NCBI RefSeq assembly: GCF_030684315.1
Contig: NC_081360.1
Span: 15,895,210 to 15,959,209, forward strand
Reading direction: 5' to 3'
From: Stegostoma tigrinum
Taxonomy: Eukaryota
Length of the DNA stretch: 64,000 nt
In this document: in pieces, positions 51,106-62,231 of the stretch
Numbering within the stretch: position 1 is the stretch's first letter
Layout of the letters: each line of letters opens with the position of its first letter
Program-made: the position numbers and the translations under genes
Notes under the pieces: generated by a model
The model's database searches: none
Seen by the model: the letters and a program-made list of their open reading frames with translations, nothing else
What the model was told of the DNA's origin: nothing

Positions 51106-51954
51106 GTAATCATTACCTGCCTAAACTGGGATCTCACTCTAATAATTCAACAGTGAAATGAGTTACCAGATAGGAAGGGTCATCAATATCTGTTTGAGTT
51201 TGAATGGTCAGGGTGTGTATGTAGTGATTTTGTACATGCACATCACGATCCAATCTATTCATAAGACCTCAGGGTCCCTTAAAAGTTTTTTTTTCCTGTT
51301 GGATTTGTTTCTTTTAAGAGTAAATGCCTCAGATCATTAATCAGCAATTCATTATCAATTAATTATTAGAGAAAGCAGATCGAAAGGCCGGGATTTCTGA
51401 TGATACATGGAACATGCCATGCGATGGGAAGTAGAGGTTGAGGTCCACTCTGGGTATTCTTTGTCGTGTACAACATGTAACAGTGTAATCTGTGGGCTGT
51501 GCAGACTGAATGCAAGCAATCTCATGCCTTGTATGGTCTTCAAGGATGATCCTTTGAATATGAAGCCTCTCAGTTGGAAATTGTAAACAAGTTGACTCTC
51601 CTAACCTGTTTCTGAGAGGTTTCTATGTTCCTGCATGTTCACTGTTATTCTTTATTTTCCACAATGATCCATTCTGTTGTGCTATTACGCTAAATTCTAA
51701 ACAGCTCTTAGTCCTCAGGTTTGCTGATTTTACTGATGATCTTTTTTGTCTCTCCTCTCAATGGAAAGCCTCCTGAATTTTGTTTTAGAATTCAAGTTCA
51801 AACCCCATGATTTGCCTTACCTTTGTTCCCAATGTGTGTGAATAATTGCTGTAACTCATATATACAATCCTTCAACATGGACCGTAGCCTGTCCACTGCC
51901 AAGTCTTATCATATGGTTCCCCCATTTGTCAGTGCCAGCTTAGATCTCATCACA

Positions 51955-53467
51955 GATAACAAAGTGCGGAGATGGCCAAGCAGCATCTCAGGAGCACAAA
52001 AGCTGACGTTTCGGGCCTAGACCCTTCATCAGAGAGGGGGATGGGGAGTGGGAACTGGAATAAATAGGGAGAGAGGGGCAGGCAGACCGAAGATGGAGAG
52101 AAAACAAGATAGGTAGAGAGGAGAGTATAGGTGAGGAGGCAGGGTGGGGATAGGTCAGTCCAGGGAAGACGGACAGGTCAAGGAGGCGTGATGAGGTTAG
52201 TAGGTAGGAAATGGAGGTGCGGCTTGAGGTGGGAGGAAGGGATGGGTGAGAGGAAGAACAGGTTAGGGAGGAAGAGACAGGCTGGGCTGCTTTTGAGATG
52301 CAGTGGGGGGAGGGGATGAGCTGGGCTGGTTTTGGGATGCAGTGGGGGAAGGGGAGATTTTGAAGCTGGTGAAGTCCACATTGATACCATTGGGCTGCAG
52401 GGTTCCCAAGCGGAATATGAGTTGCTGTTCCTGCAACCTTCGGGTGGCATCGTTGTGGCACTGCAGGAGGCCCATGATGGACATGTCATCTGAGGAATGG
52501 GAGGGGGAGTTAAAATGGTTCGCGACTGGGAGGTGCAGTTGTTTATTGCAAACCGAGCGGAGGTGTTCTGCAAAGCGGTCCCCAAGCCTCCACTTGGTTT
52601 CCCCAATGTAGAGGAAGTCACATCAGGTACAATGGATACAATATACCACATTGGCAGTTGTGCAGGTGAACATCTGCTTAGTATGGAAGGTCATTTGGGG
52701 CCTGGGATGGGGGTGAGGGAGGAGGTGTGGGGGCAAGTGTAGTACTTCCTGCGGTTGCAGGGGAAGGTGCCAGGTGTGGTGGGGTTGGAGGGCAGTGTGG
52801 AGCGGCCAAGGGAGTCGTGGAGAGAGTGGTCTCTCCGGAAGGCAGACAAGGGTACGGATGGAAAATTGGCTTGGGTGGTGGGGTTGGATTGTAGATGGCG
52901 GAAGTGTCGGAGGATTATGTGTTGTATCCGGAGGTTGGTAGGGTGGTATGTGAGAACGAGGGGGATCCTCTGGGGGCGGCTGTGGTGGGGGTGGGGTGTG
53001 AGGGATGTGTTGCTGGAAATGCGGGAGACGCGGTCAAGGGTGTTCTCGACCACTGCGGGGAGAAAGGTGTGGTCCTTGAAGAACGTGGACATCTGGGATG
53101 TGCGGGAGTGGAATGCCTCATTCTGTGAGCAGATGTGGCGGAGGTGGAGGATTTGGGAATAGGGGATGGAATTTTTGCAGGAGGGTGGGTGAGAGGAGGT
53201 GTATTCTAGGTAGCTGTGGGAGTCAGTGGGCTTGAAATGGACATCAGTTTCTAGCTGGTTACCTGAGATGGAGACTGAGAGGTCCAGGAAGGTGAGGGAT
53301 GTGTTGGAGATAGCCCAGGTGAACTTGAGGTTGGGGTGGAAGGTGTTGGTGAAGTGGATGAACTGTTCGAGCTCCTCTGGGGAGCAAGAGGCGGCGCCGA
53401 TACAGTCATCAATGTAACGGAGGAAGAGGTGGGGTTTGGGGCCTGTGTAGGTGCGGAAGAGGGACTG
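51955..53467 (-). mobile_element. Penelope-like element (family 1): RT C-terminal half + GIY-YIG + pLTR, 15-bp TSD ttagatctcatcaca
   Basis: FLRYIDDCIGA, FHPNLKFTW, TFLDL, KPTDSHSYL RT motifs; LYIGETK..LGDRFAEH; TSD at 51940-51954 and 53468-53482. Confidence 0.95.
52005..52032 (-). ncRNA. Minimal hammerhead ribozyme core (intact consensus)
   Basis: Reverse complement reads CTGATGA-AGGGTCTAGGCCC-GAAAC-GTC. Confidence 0.72.
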
Positions 53468-53837
53468 TTAGATCTCATCACATCCTAGTTCCCTTTACTT
53501 ACATTCCAGGACCTTAGTTTTAGAATCAATGTCTTCACTCTCTATCTTAATAAAATATTCCATCATTTGATGTTTGCTCTTCCTGAATAGAATAAATGTC
53601 ACCTATAATGCTGACGTGGAATTAATGTGTGTTTCTTCCCTGTTGATAGTTCAACAAACTGGATCTCCCTCCCTAAAAGAACTGAATATTCCTCCAGCCC
53701 TGCTCTGCAGTAATTCAAGGTGATGGCTCAAAACTGCCCTGTAAAGGGCACACAGGGATGGGCAATAAACGATCAATGGTGCTCACATCCCATTAACGTG
53801 CAAGAAAATAAATCCTCTCCTTTATTTGTCAAATCAG

Positions 53838-53969
53838 AGATATTTATCACGGCGACAAAGTGTGAATGTGACCACACGGAGCTCATCAGCGGCAGCATTT
53901 GGAAATCAACACAACGATGAAAACCAAAGTGATGCAGGAGCGAGTTCTTCACATACTACAGCTGCTCAG
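53838..53969 (+). CDS. Repeat exon R8 (132 nt): RYLSRRQSVNVTTRSSSAAAFGNQHNDENQSDAGASSSHTTAAQ
   Basis: tttgtcaaatcAG / CAG|GTAATC, open. Confidence 0.8.
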
Positions 53970-54180
53970 GTAATCATTAACTGACTAAACTGGGATCTCA
54001 CTTCAATAATTCAACAGTGACATGAGTTACCAAATAGGAAGGGTCACTAATATCTGTTTGAGTTTGACGGGTCAGGGTGTGTATATAGTGATTTTGTACT
54101 TGCACATGACAATACAGTCTATTCATAAGACCTCAGTGTCACTTAAAGGAATTTATTTTCTTTTTGGTTTTGTTTCATTT

Positions 54181-54540
54181 TATTCATTTATTCATTAATG
54201 GGATGAGGTCATCGCTGGTTAGGCAGCATTTATGGTCTGTCTCTCATTGCTCAGAGAGCAGTTGAGAGTCAACCACACTGCTGCAGGTCTGGAGTCACAT
54301 GTCACCCAGATCAGGTAAGGATGGCAATTTCCTTCCTTAAAGGGCATTCGTGAACCAGATGGGTCTTTTCCTGACAATCGGCAATGGATTCAGGGTCATT
54401 GTGAGATTCTTAAATCCACACACTTTATCGAATTCAAATTCCACCATTTGCCATGGCAGGATTTGAACCCAGGTGCCCAGAATGTTATCCTGGTCTCTGG
54501 ATTAACAGTCCCGTGATAATACCACTTGAACATTGTCTGC
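54181..54540 (-). mobile_element. Full-length tRNA-derived Deu-type SINE (SacSINE1-like)
   Basis: B-box cctgggttcaaatcc on the - strand, central domain, (AATG/AATA) tail; flanked by ttgttt(c/a)attt. Confidence 0.8.
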
Positions 54541-55553
54541 CTATTGTTTAATTTGAGAGTTAATGCATCAGATCATTAATCAGCATTTCATTATCAATTA
54601 TAATTGGAGGCAGCAGATTGAAATACCAGGATTTCTGAAGATCCATGGAACAGGCCATGGGGTGGGAAGGAGAGGTTGTGGTGTGCTCTGGGTAGTCTTT
54701 GATGTATACAACATGCAACAGTGTAGCATGTAGGCTTGTAGACTGAACACCAAGCACTCATGTGGCCTGTAAAAGGGTGGTTTAGAAGGATGATACTTTG
54801 AACATTGCGCCTCTCAGGTGGAAGATGTAGTCAAGGTGAATCTCCTAACCTGTTTCAGAGAGATCTCTATGTTCCTGCAAGTTCACTGTTATACTTTATT
54901 TTCCACCTATGATCCATTCTGTTGTGCTATTACCCTGAATTCTAAACAGCTCTTAGCCCTCAGGCTTGCTGATTTACTGATGATCTTTTATGTCCCCTCT
55001 TTCAAGAGAAAGCCTTCTGAATTTTGTTTTATAATTCAAGGTTAAACACCATGATTTGTTTTACATTTGTGCCAAATCGGTGCAAAGAATTGCTGTAACT
55101 CATGTATACAATCCTTCAATATTAACCGTAGCCTGTCCATTGCCAAGTTTTTTCGTAAAGCTCCCCCACCTGTCAGTGCCAACTTAGATCTGATAACCTC
55201 GTAGTTCCCTTTAAATCCATTCCAGGGCCTTAGTTTCAGAACCAATGTCTTCACTCCCCATTTAAATAAACAATTCTCTCATTTTATGTTTGCTCTTCCG
55301 AAATAGAATAAATGCCACACACAATGCTAATGTGGAATTAATGTGTGTTCCTTCCCTGTTGCTTTTTCAACAAGCTGGATCTCCCTCCCTAACAGAACTG
55401 AATATTCCTCCAGCCCTGCTCTGCAGCAGTCCAAGGTGATGGCTCAAAACTGCCCTCTAAAGGGCACACAGGGATGGGTAATAAAGGATCAATGGTGCTC
55501 ACATCCCATTATTGTACAAGTAAATAAATCCTCTCCTTTATTTGTCAAATCAG

Positions 55554-55685
55554 AGATATTTATCACGGCGACAAAGTGTGAGTGTGAACACATGGAACTT
55601 ATTAGTAGAAAAATTTGGAAATCAACACAACGATGAAAACCGAGATGATGCAGAAGAGAGCTCCACACAAACTGCAGCTGCTCAG
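55554..55685 (+). CDS. Repeat exon R9 (132 nt): RYLSRRQSVSVNTWNLLVEKFGNQHNDENRDDAEESSTQTAAAQ
   Basis: tttgtcaaatcAG / CAG|GTAATC, open. Confidence 0.8.
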
Positions 55686-55879
55686 GTAATCATTACCTGC
55701 CTAAACTGGGATCTCACTTCAATAATTCAACAGTGAAATGAGTTACCAAATAGGAAGGGTCACTAATATATCTGTTTGAGTTTGAATGGTCAGGGTGTGT
55801 ATATAGTGATTATGCAGTCTATTCATGAGGCCTCAGTGTCATTTAAAAGCTTTTCTTTCCTTTTTGATTTTGTTTCATT

Positions 55880-56232
55880 TTATTCATTTATTCATTAACG
55901 GGATGAGTACATCACTGGCTCGGCAACATGTATTGCCCATCCCTCATTCCACAGAGTTCAGTTGAGAGTCAACCACATTGCTGTGGGTCTGGAATCACAT
56001 GTAGCCCAAACCCGGTCAGGATGGCAGTTTCCTTCCTTAAAGGGCATTAGTGAATCAGATGGGTCACAATGGGCAATGGATTCATGGTCATCTTTAGATT
56101 CTTAATTCCACATACTTTCTTGAATTCAAATTCCACTATTTGCCATGGCAGGATTTGGACCCAGGTCCTCAGAATATTATCTGGATTTCTGGATTAACAA
56201 TCCAGCAATAATAGCACTAGACATTGCCTCCC
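55880..56232 (-). mobile_element. Duplicate of the SINE at 54181, at the equivalent site of the next unit
   Basis: Same flanks ttgtttcatttt / ttgtttaattt and same internal sequence. Confidence 0.8.
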
Positions 56233-57886
56233 CATTGTTTAATTTAACGGTTAATGCATCAGATCATTAATCAACATTTCATTATCAATTATAATTAGTG
56301 GCAGCAGACTGAAAGACCAGGATTTCTGACAATAAATATGTTGGGAAGGAGAGGTTGCGGTGTGCTCTGTGTAGTCTTTGACATATACAACATGTAACAG
56401 TGTAATGTGTGGGCTGTGCAGACTGAATGCCAAGCGCTCTCATGGCCTGTGAAAGCTTAGGCTAGAAGATGATCCTTTGAAGATACAGCTTATTTGTTAT
56501 TAGATGTCAGCAAGGGCATTCCCCTGTCCATTCCTGAGACTGTCCTCTGCACCCTGCAAGTTTACTGTGAAACTTTATTTTCCCGCTAATGATCCATTCT
56601 GTTGTGCTATTTTGCTGAATTCTAAACTCTCCCTTGTCCTCACGTTTGCTGATGTTTCTGCTGATCTTTTACGTTTCCTCTCTCAGTGGAAAGCCTCCTT
56701 ATTTTTATTTTATAATTTAAGGTTAAGTCACATGACCTGCTTTATATTTGTGCCAAATCAGTATGAATAATTGTTGTAATTCATGTATGCAGTCTTTCAA
56801 TATTAACCATAGCATATCCAACTCTTTTTGCAAGCTTTGACAATACATCACTGCCAAATCAGAACCCAGACCCTCTTAGTTCTCTTTCACTTTCTGTTCA
56901 GGACCCTAGTTTCAGAATCATTGTCCTCACTCTCTGTCTTAATTAATAATTCTATCATTTTATATTCATTCTTCCCTAACAGACTCTAGAAAACAGCATT
57001 GTTCATTAATCAGTTCTCATTGCACAATCAACAGTCAGGATCCTACTATCTCTCTCCCTCACCTGATCTCTGGTTGGTTTCTCAACGTGTGAGCCTAAAA
57101 AGCATCAGATATAAAATCCAGGAATTCTTCCTCCACAGTATGATTGCTACTTCAGTTTGTTCAGTCTCGAGTTATATTAATGTTACATGTGATCACATTC
57201 GTAACTAATTGCACGTGTCTAAGAATGCACCCAGTGCAAAACTCTATCCACGGTTATGATATAGTTGAAATTATGAAGATATTGCTGCAGGTTGCTATAA
57301 GGATGTAAGCTGAACAACAGTCAGGGGTATTCAATCTTTTGGAAGGACAGACAAATAATGAAAAGAGGTGAGGTAACATTGTCAGTAAGGGAGGATAATG
57401 GCTTTGAAAGTCATTACATGGAATTTTTTTGGGAAGTGTGTGAAATGTCAAGGGTCATCAACATTGACGAGCATTTCATCTAGGCCCTAAACAGTAGCAG
57501 CAGTGTAAGGGAAAGTGTTAAACAAGAGATTAAAGACACAGGCTATAAGAGGGTAGTAACCCTCAGTTCATTTCTGGAATTCAGCTCTTTTTAACATGTT
57601 TGTAACAAGACTGTGGTGAGGTCTGGTTAACACTGAATAAATGCCACAAATTAAGCTGATGTGGAACTGGTCTGTGTTCCGTCCTTGTTGCTGGGTCCAA
57701 GACATTTATCTCCCACCCTAATGCAACTGTGGATGTTCCTGCGATCCAGATCTGCAGCAGTTCAAGCTGGTGGCTCACCACCGCCTTCTAAAGGGCACAC
57801 AGGGATGAGCAATAAATGCTCAATGGTGCTCACATTCCATTAATGTACCAGAAAATAAATTGTCTCCTTTTTTTTTCTCAAATCAG

Positions 57887-58035
57887 AAATACTTATCAAG
57901 GCAATGAAGTGTGGATGTGGACATACTGAACCCATCATCCACAGTATTAGTAAATCCACAGTATTAGTAAATCCACAGGAAAATGAAAACAAAGGTGATG
58001 CAGAAGAGAGATTCGCACAAACTTCAGCAGCTCAG
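57887..58035 (+). pseudogene. Repeat pseudo-exon psiR10
   Basis: TGA at codon 7, 17-bp tandem duplication (atccacagtattagtaa; 149=132+17 nt), donor mutated to CAG|ATAGTA; acceptor intact. Confidence 0.85.
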
Positions 58036-58133
58036 ATAGTAACTAACTGCCTAAACTGGGATCTAACTTTGATAATTCAACAGTGAAATGAGTAACCAAT
58101 AGGAAGGGTCACTAATATTTGTTTGAGCTTGAT

Positions 58134-58253
58134 GGGTCAGGGTGTGTGTGTGCTGAGTTTGCAGGGTCAGGGTGTGTGTGTGGTGAGTTTGCAGGGTCAG
58201 GGTGTGTGTGTGTTGTGAGTTTGCAGGGCCAGGGTGTGTGTGTGGTGAGTTTG
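58134..58253 (+). repeat. Minisatellite, 4 x about 30 bp (gggtcagggtgtgtgtgtggtgagtttgca)
   Basis: Direct tandem copies; single copy in the other units. Confidence 0.9.
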
Positions 58254-59887
58254 CGCATGCACAGCACAGTGTAGTCTATTCATAAGCTCTCAGTGTCATT
58301 TCAGAGATTTATCATTTTTCCTGTGTTGTTTAATTTAACCAGGGCATTCTTGACATATTGCATCTGATCATTAATCAGCAATTTTATTATCAAATGAAAT
58401 TAGAGGCAGCAGTTTGAAAGACCTGGATTCCAGCTGAAACATGGAACAGGACATGGGGGTGAGAAGGAGGGGTTGAGGTGTGCTCTGGGTAGTCTTTGAC
58501 ACATCCAACATGTAACAGTGTAATGTATGGGTTGTGTGGGCTGAACACAATGATGGCCTATGAAAGGATGGTCTAAGAAATGCTCTGTTGAATAGGGAGT
58601 CTGTTGGAAGATGTAGACAAGGGAAATGTCCAATCCATTTCTGAGAGTTTTATATGTTTCCTACAATTTTACTGTGATACTTTATTTTCCTCCTATAGAT
58701 CCATTCTGTTGCTGAATCCTAAATGGCTTCTAGTCCTCCAGGCTACTGATATTTCTGCTGGTCTTTTATGCCTCAATCGAAAGCCATCCTAATTTTTCTT
58801 TGTCATTTCTGGCTAAACCACATTACCTGTTTTATAACTGTGCCAAATCAGTGTGAATTATTGTTGCCATTCATACATTAAATCCTTCAAGATTCACCAT
58901 AGCCTGTCTACTACCAAGTGTTTTAGTATGGTTCCCTAATCCATCATTGCCAACTCACATTGCAGACCCCCTTTAGTTACTTTTCAGGACCCTAGTTTCA
59001 GAGACAATATTTTCACACTCCATTTTAATAAACAGTTCTATCATTTTATGCTTGCTTTTCCCTAACGGACACTAGAATACAACATTGTGCAATGAGAATT
59101 GGTTAAGTAACAATCAACAATCTAAGATCATCTGATCTCTGGTTGCAAGTCTGAAAAGTATCAAATAGATAGCCCAGGAATTCCTTCTCTACAGTATTAT
59201 TGCCAATTCAGTTTGTCCAGTCTAAAAGTAGGTTAATGTTTGGCATGACGACATTCGTACACTTATTGCTTGTGTCTAACAATGCGACTAGTGCAAAGCA
59301 ATATCCATGGTTATGTTATAGCTGCAATTACAGAAACATAGCTGCAGGTCAAATAAGGATGGAATTTGAACTGCCAAAGATTTTCAATATTTTGGAAGGA
59401 CAGACAATAGGTAAAGGAGCCGAGGTAGTATTGTCAGTAGGGGAGAATATTGGCTCGGAAAATCATAACATGAAATTTTTTGGGTGTTGAGCGAAATGCC
59501 AAGGGACAGAAATATTGGTGGGGTTGTATGTAAACCCCAAACAGTAGCAACGGTGTAAGGGAAAGCATTAAACAAGAGGTTAAAGACAGAGGCAATAAGA
59601 GGTCAGTAGTTCTTGCTTTGCCTACGGAGTTCAGCTCTTTTGAACATGTTTGGAACAATGCTCTCGTGGGGTCTGGTTAATGCTGAATAAATGTCATGCA
59701 CTATACTGACTTAGAACTAATCTGCTTTCCTTCCCTTTTGTTGGGTCAAAGACCTGGATCTCCCCTTCTAACAGAACTTTGTGTATTCCTTCAGCCCGAC
59801 CCTGTGGCAGTTCAAGGTGGCAGCTCACTACTGCCCTCTCAAGGGCAATCAGGGATGGACAATAAATGCTTAACGGTGCTCACATCC

Positions 59888-61620
59888 TATAGTGATTGGA
59901 ACCAGGTTGACTATAATGACTAAGGGATACTTGATTGGGGTTGTTCACCTTGGTCAATCAAGAAAGCCCTGGGTGACCAATATAACCGGGAGATTAGAAA
60001 CTCCTCAGTTCAGGGGACTGACTCCAAGCTGGCTGGTGCACAAATAAATGAAGGGTGACTTGGTGATGGGTACCAGCCTCTGTACATGCCTGAAGAAAAT
60101 TCGCGTGCAACGGCCATCTTGGAGTTGGGTAAGCATTTCTGGCATTATGTCTTTATTTGAGAACGTTGACTCTTTTGATCCTGCAGTCGAAGACTGTGCC
60201 CAGTATGTGGAATTCATGCAATTTATTTATGGGCAAATGATGTTGGGGTGGACGAAAAACAATAAGTAATCATTCTGGCATGCTGCGGAGCTGCAGCATT
60301 TTCTGTTATAAGAGGCTGAACTTTCCAAGGGGCACCCAACACTAAAACCTTCCAAGTGTTACGGAATATCATGCCTCAAACCTCCTCTAATTCTGAGACG
60401 CTATTGGTTTTATTCGGCTGTTAGAGAACCGGGGGAATCTATATTGGGATTTTTGATGAGGTTAAGTTGACCAGAAGAGTCATTTGATTTTGGCTTTACC
60501 CTGAATGAGATGCTGAGAGACCGTTTGGTATGTGAAATTAATGGCGAAACTGTGCAGACCCATCTACAAGCTGAAGACCAACTGGGCGCAAACGGGCACT
60601 ACAACTGGCTTTGTTGTTTGAAAATGCAGCAGGTGGAGCACGGGAAATGCAGGGCATCCCAATGCAAGTGGACACCCTCACCTGTCTGACTGAGCTTGGG
60701 GAACACCACTTGAGTGCAGGCAATCACAGAGCCTCAAGCAGGGCACATCCTGAGCAGAGGGACCGGAGGCCAGACCACAACAAAGCCAGGCCTCAGCCAA
60801 GTGGCTAAAAAGTTCTTCAGGATCTGGGCCAGCAGGCCATGGTATTTGCTGCTGTTTGCAGACTCGAGACAACAAAAGAGCCCTACAAGGCCCAACTTGA
60901 GTAAGAAAACTTGTAGGGCAGTACTAGGAGAGTGCTCACCCCGGAATGTCCCTCGACGTGTGGATTGGAACGATTAAATTGCTTAGTGACGTCCAAGTCA
61001 GAGCCGATTAAAATTAATGTTTGGTTAAATGGTCACCAGCTCCCATGGAGATCGAAACTGGTGCAGCTGTATCTGTAGTTGCAGAAGCTGTCTCTTGCAA
61101 AATTCACTCAGGACTCCAAACCTTAAGCTTGTACAAGACGTCAGCCAGAGTGAGAACGTACACTTGGGAACCATTGCAGACTAAGGGTTCTGATCACCTA
61201 TGAGTAGCAATTAATGCAGTTACCACTGATGGTGTGAAAGGCTCGAGTCCAAGCCTGCGCCCTTTTCCAGCAGACCACGGAGAACATTTTACAAGGACTA
61301 CCCCAGGTCACCTGGATGATGTGTTAGTAACAGGAAGGACCATTAAACGGGCACTTGGAGAACTTTGAACTAGTGTCTAAATGTTTCTCCCAGGTGGGTG
61401 TACTCCTGAGAAGGGAAAAATGTGTGTTCCAGGTGCCGCAAGTGACCTACTTGTGTAACTGGTTTTGTTGACTCTGTAACACCCATTGGAAGAGAAAGTG
61501 AAGTCGATCAAAGGGTCCCTGGCACCAACATCTGTACCAGAGCTTTGGTCTTTTTTTGGCTTATTGAATTATTACAGAAAATTCATCTATAACCTGGCCT
61601 CCATCCTGGCACTCTAACAC
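59888..61620 (+). mobile_element. Decayed Gypsy LTR retrotransposon (5' LTR, gag, protease, partial RT), 3'-truncated
   Basis: MSLFENVDSFDPAVEDCAQYVE gag, EMLRDRLVCEIN, MEIETGAAVSVV (DTG protease remnant), LDDVLVTG, REKCVF, FFGLLNYYRKFI. Confidence 0.9.
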
Positions 61621-62231
61621 TCGTTGCAATTACAGAGACATGGCTGCAGGTTAAATAAGGACAGAAACTGAACTGCAAGGAGTAGTCAGTCTTTTGGAAG
61701 GACAGGCAAATAGCGAAAGGAGGTGAGGTAACATTGTCAGTAAGGGAGGATAGTGGCTAGGAAAATCATCACATAGCATTTTTTGAGAAGTTACAGAAAG
61801 GCCGAGGACCGAAACCATTGATGGGAGTTGTAAATAGGCCTGAAACAGTAACAGGAGTGTAAAGGGAAAGCATTAAACAAGAGATTAGAGACACAGGCAA
61901 CAAGAAGGCAATAACTCTCTGGAGTTCAGCTCCTCGCAACATATTTGGAACAAGACTCTACTGAGGTCTGGTTGATGCTGAATAAATGCCACACCCAATG
62001 ATGATTTGGAACTTGTCCGTGTTCCTTCCTTTGTTACTGGGTCAAAGACCCGGATTGCTCTCTCAAACAGAACAGTGAGTATTCCTACAGCCCTGCTGTG
62101 CAGCAGTTCAAGGTGGTGGCTCACTACTGCCATCTGAAGGGTGATCAGAGATGGGCAAATAGCACTCAATGCTGTTCACATCCCATTAATGCATAAGAAA
62201 ATAAATCCTCCTCTTTTAGTTGTCAAATCAG

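Noticed and set aside
963-55685. Assigning a gene symbol to the host gene
   Set aside because: No recognisable conserved domain in the exons visible here
48116-55736. The four 64-aa MSNQRY... ORFs as stand-alone small genes
   Set aside because: Starts are GTG/TTG codons in the acceptor region and the ORFs read through the GT donor; better explained as internal exons
58134-58253. CRISPR-like 30-bp repeats
   Set aside because: No spacers; a plain minisatellite in vertebrate DNA with no cas genes
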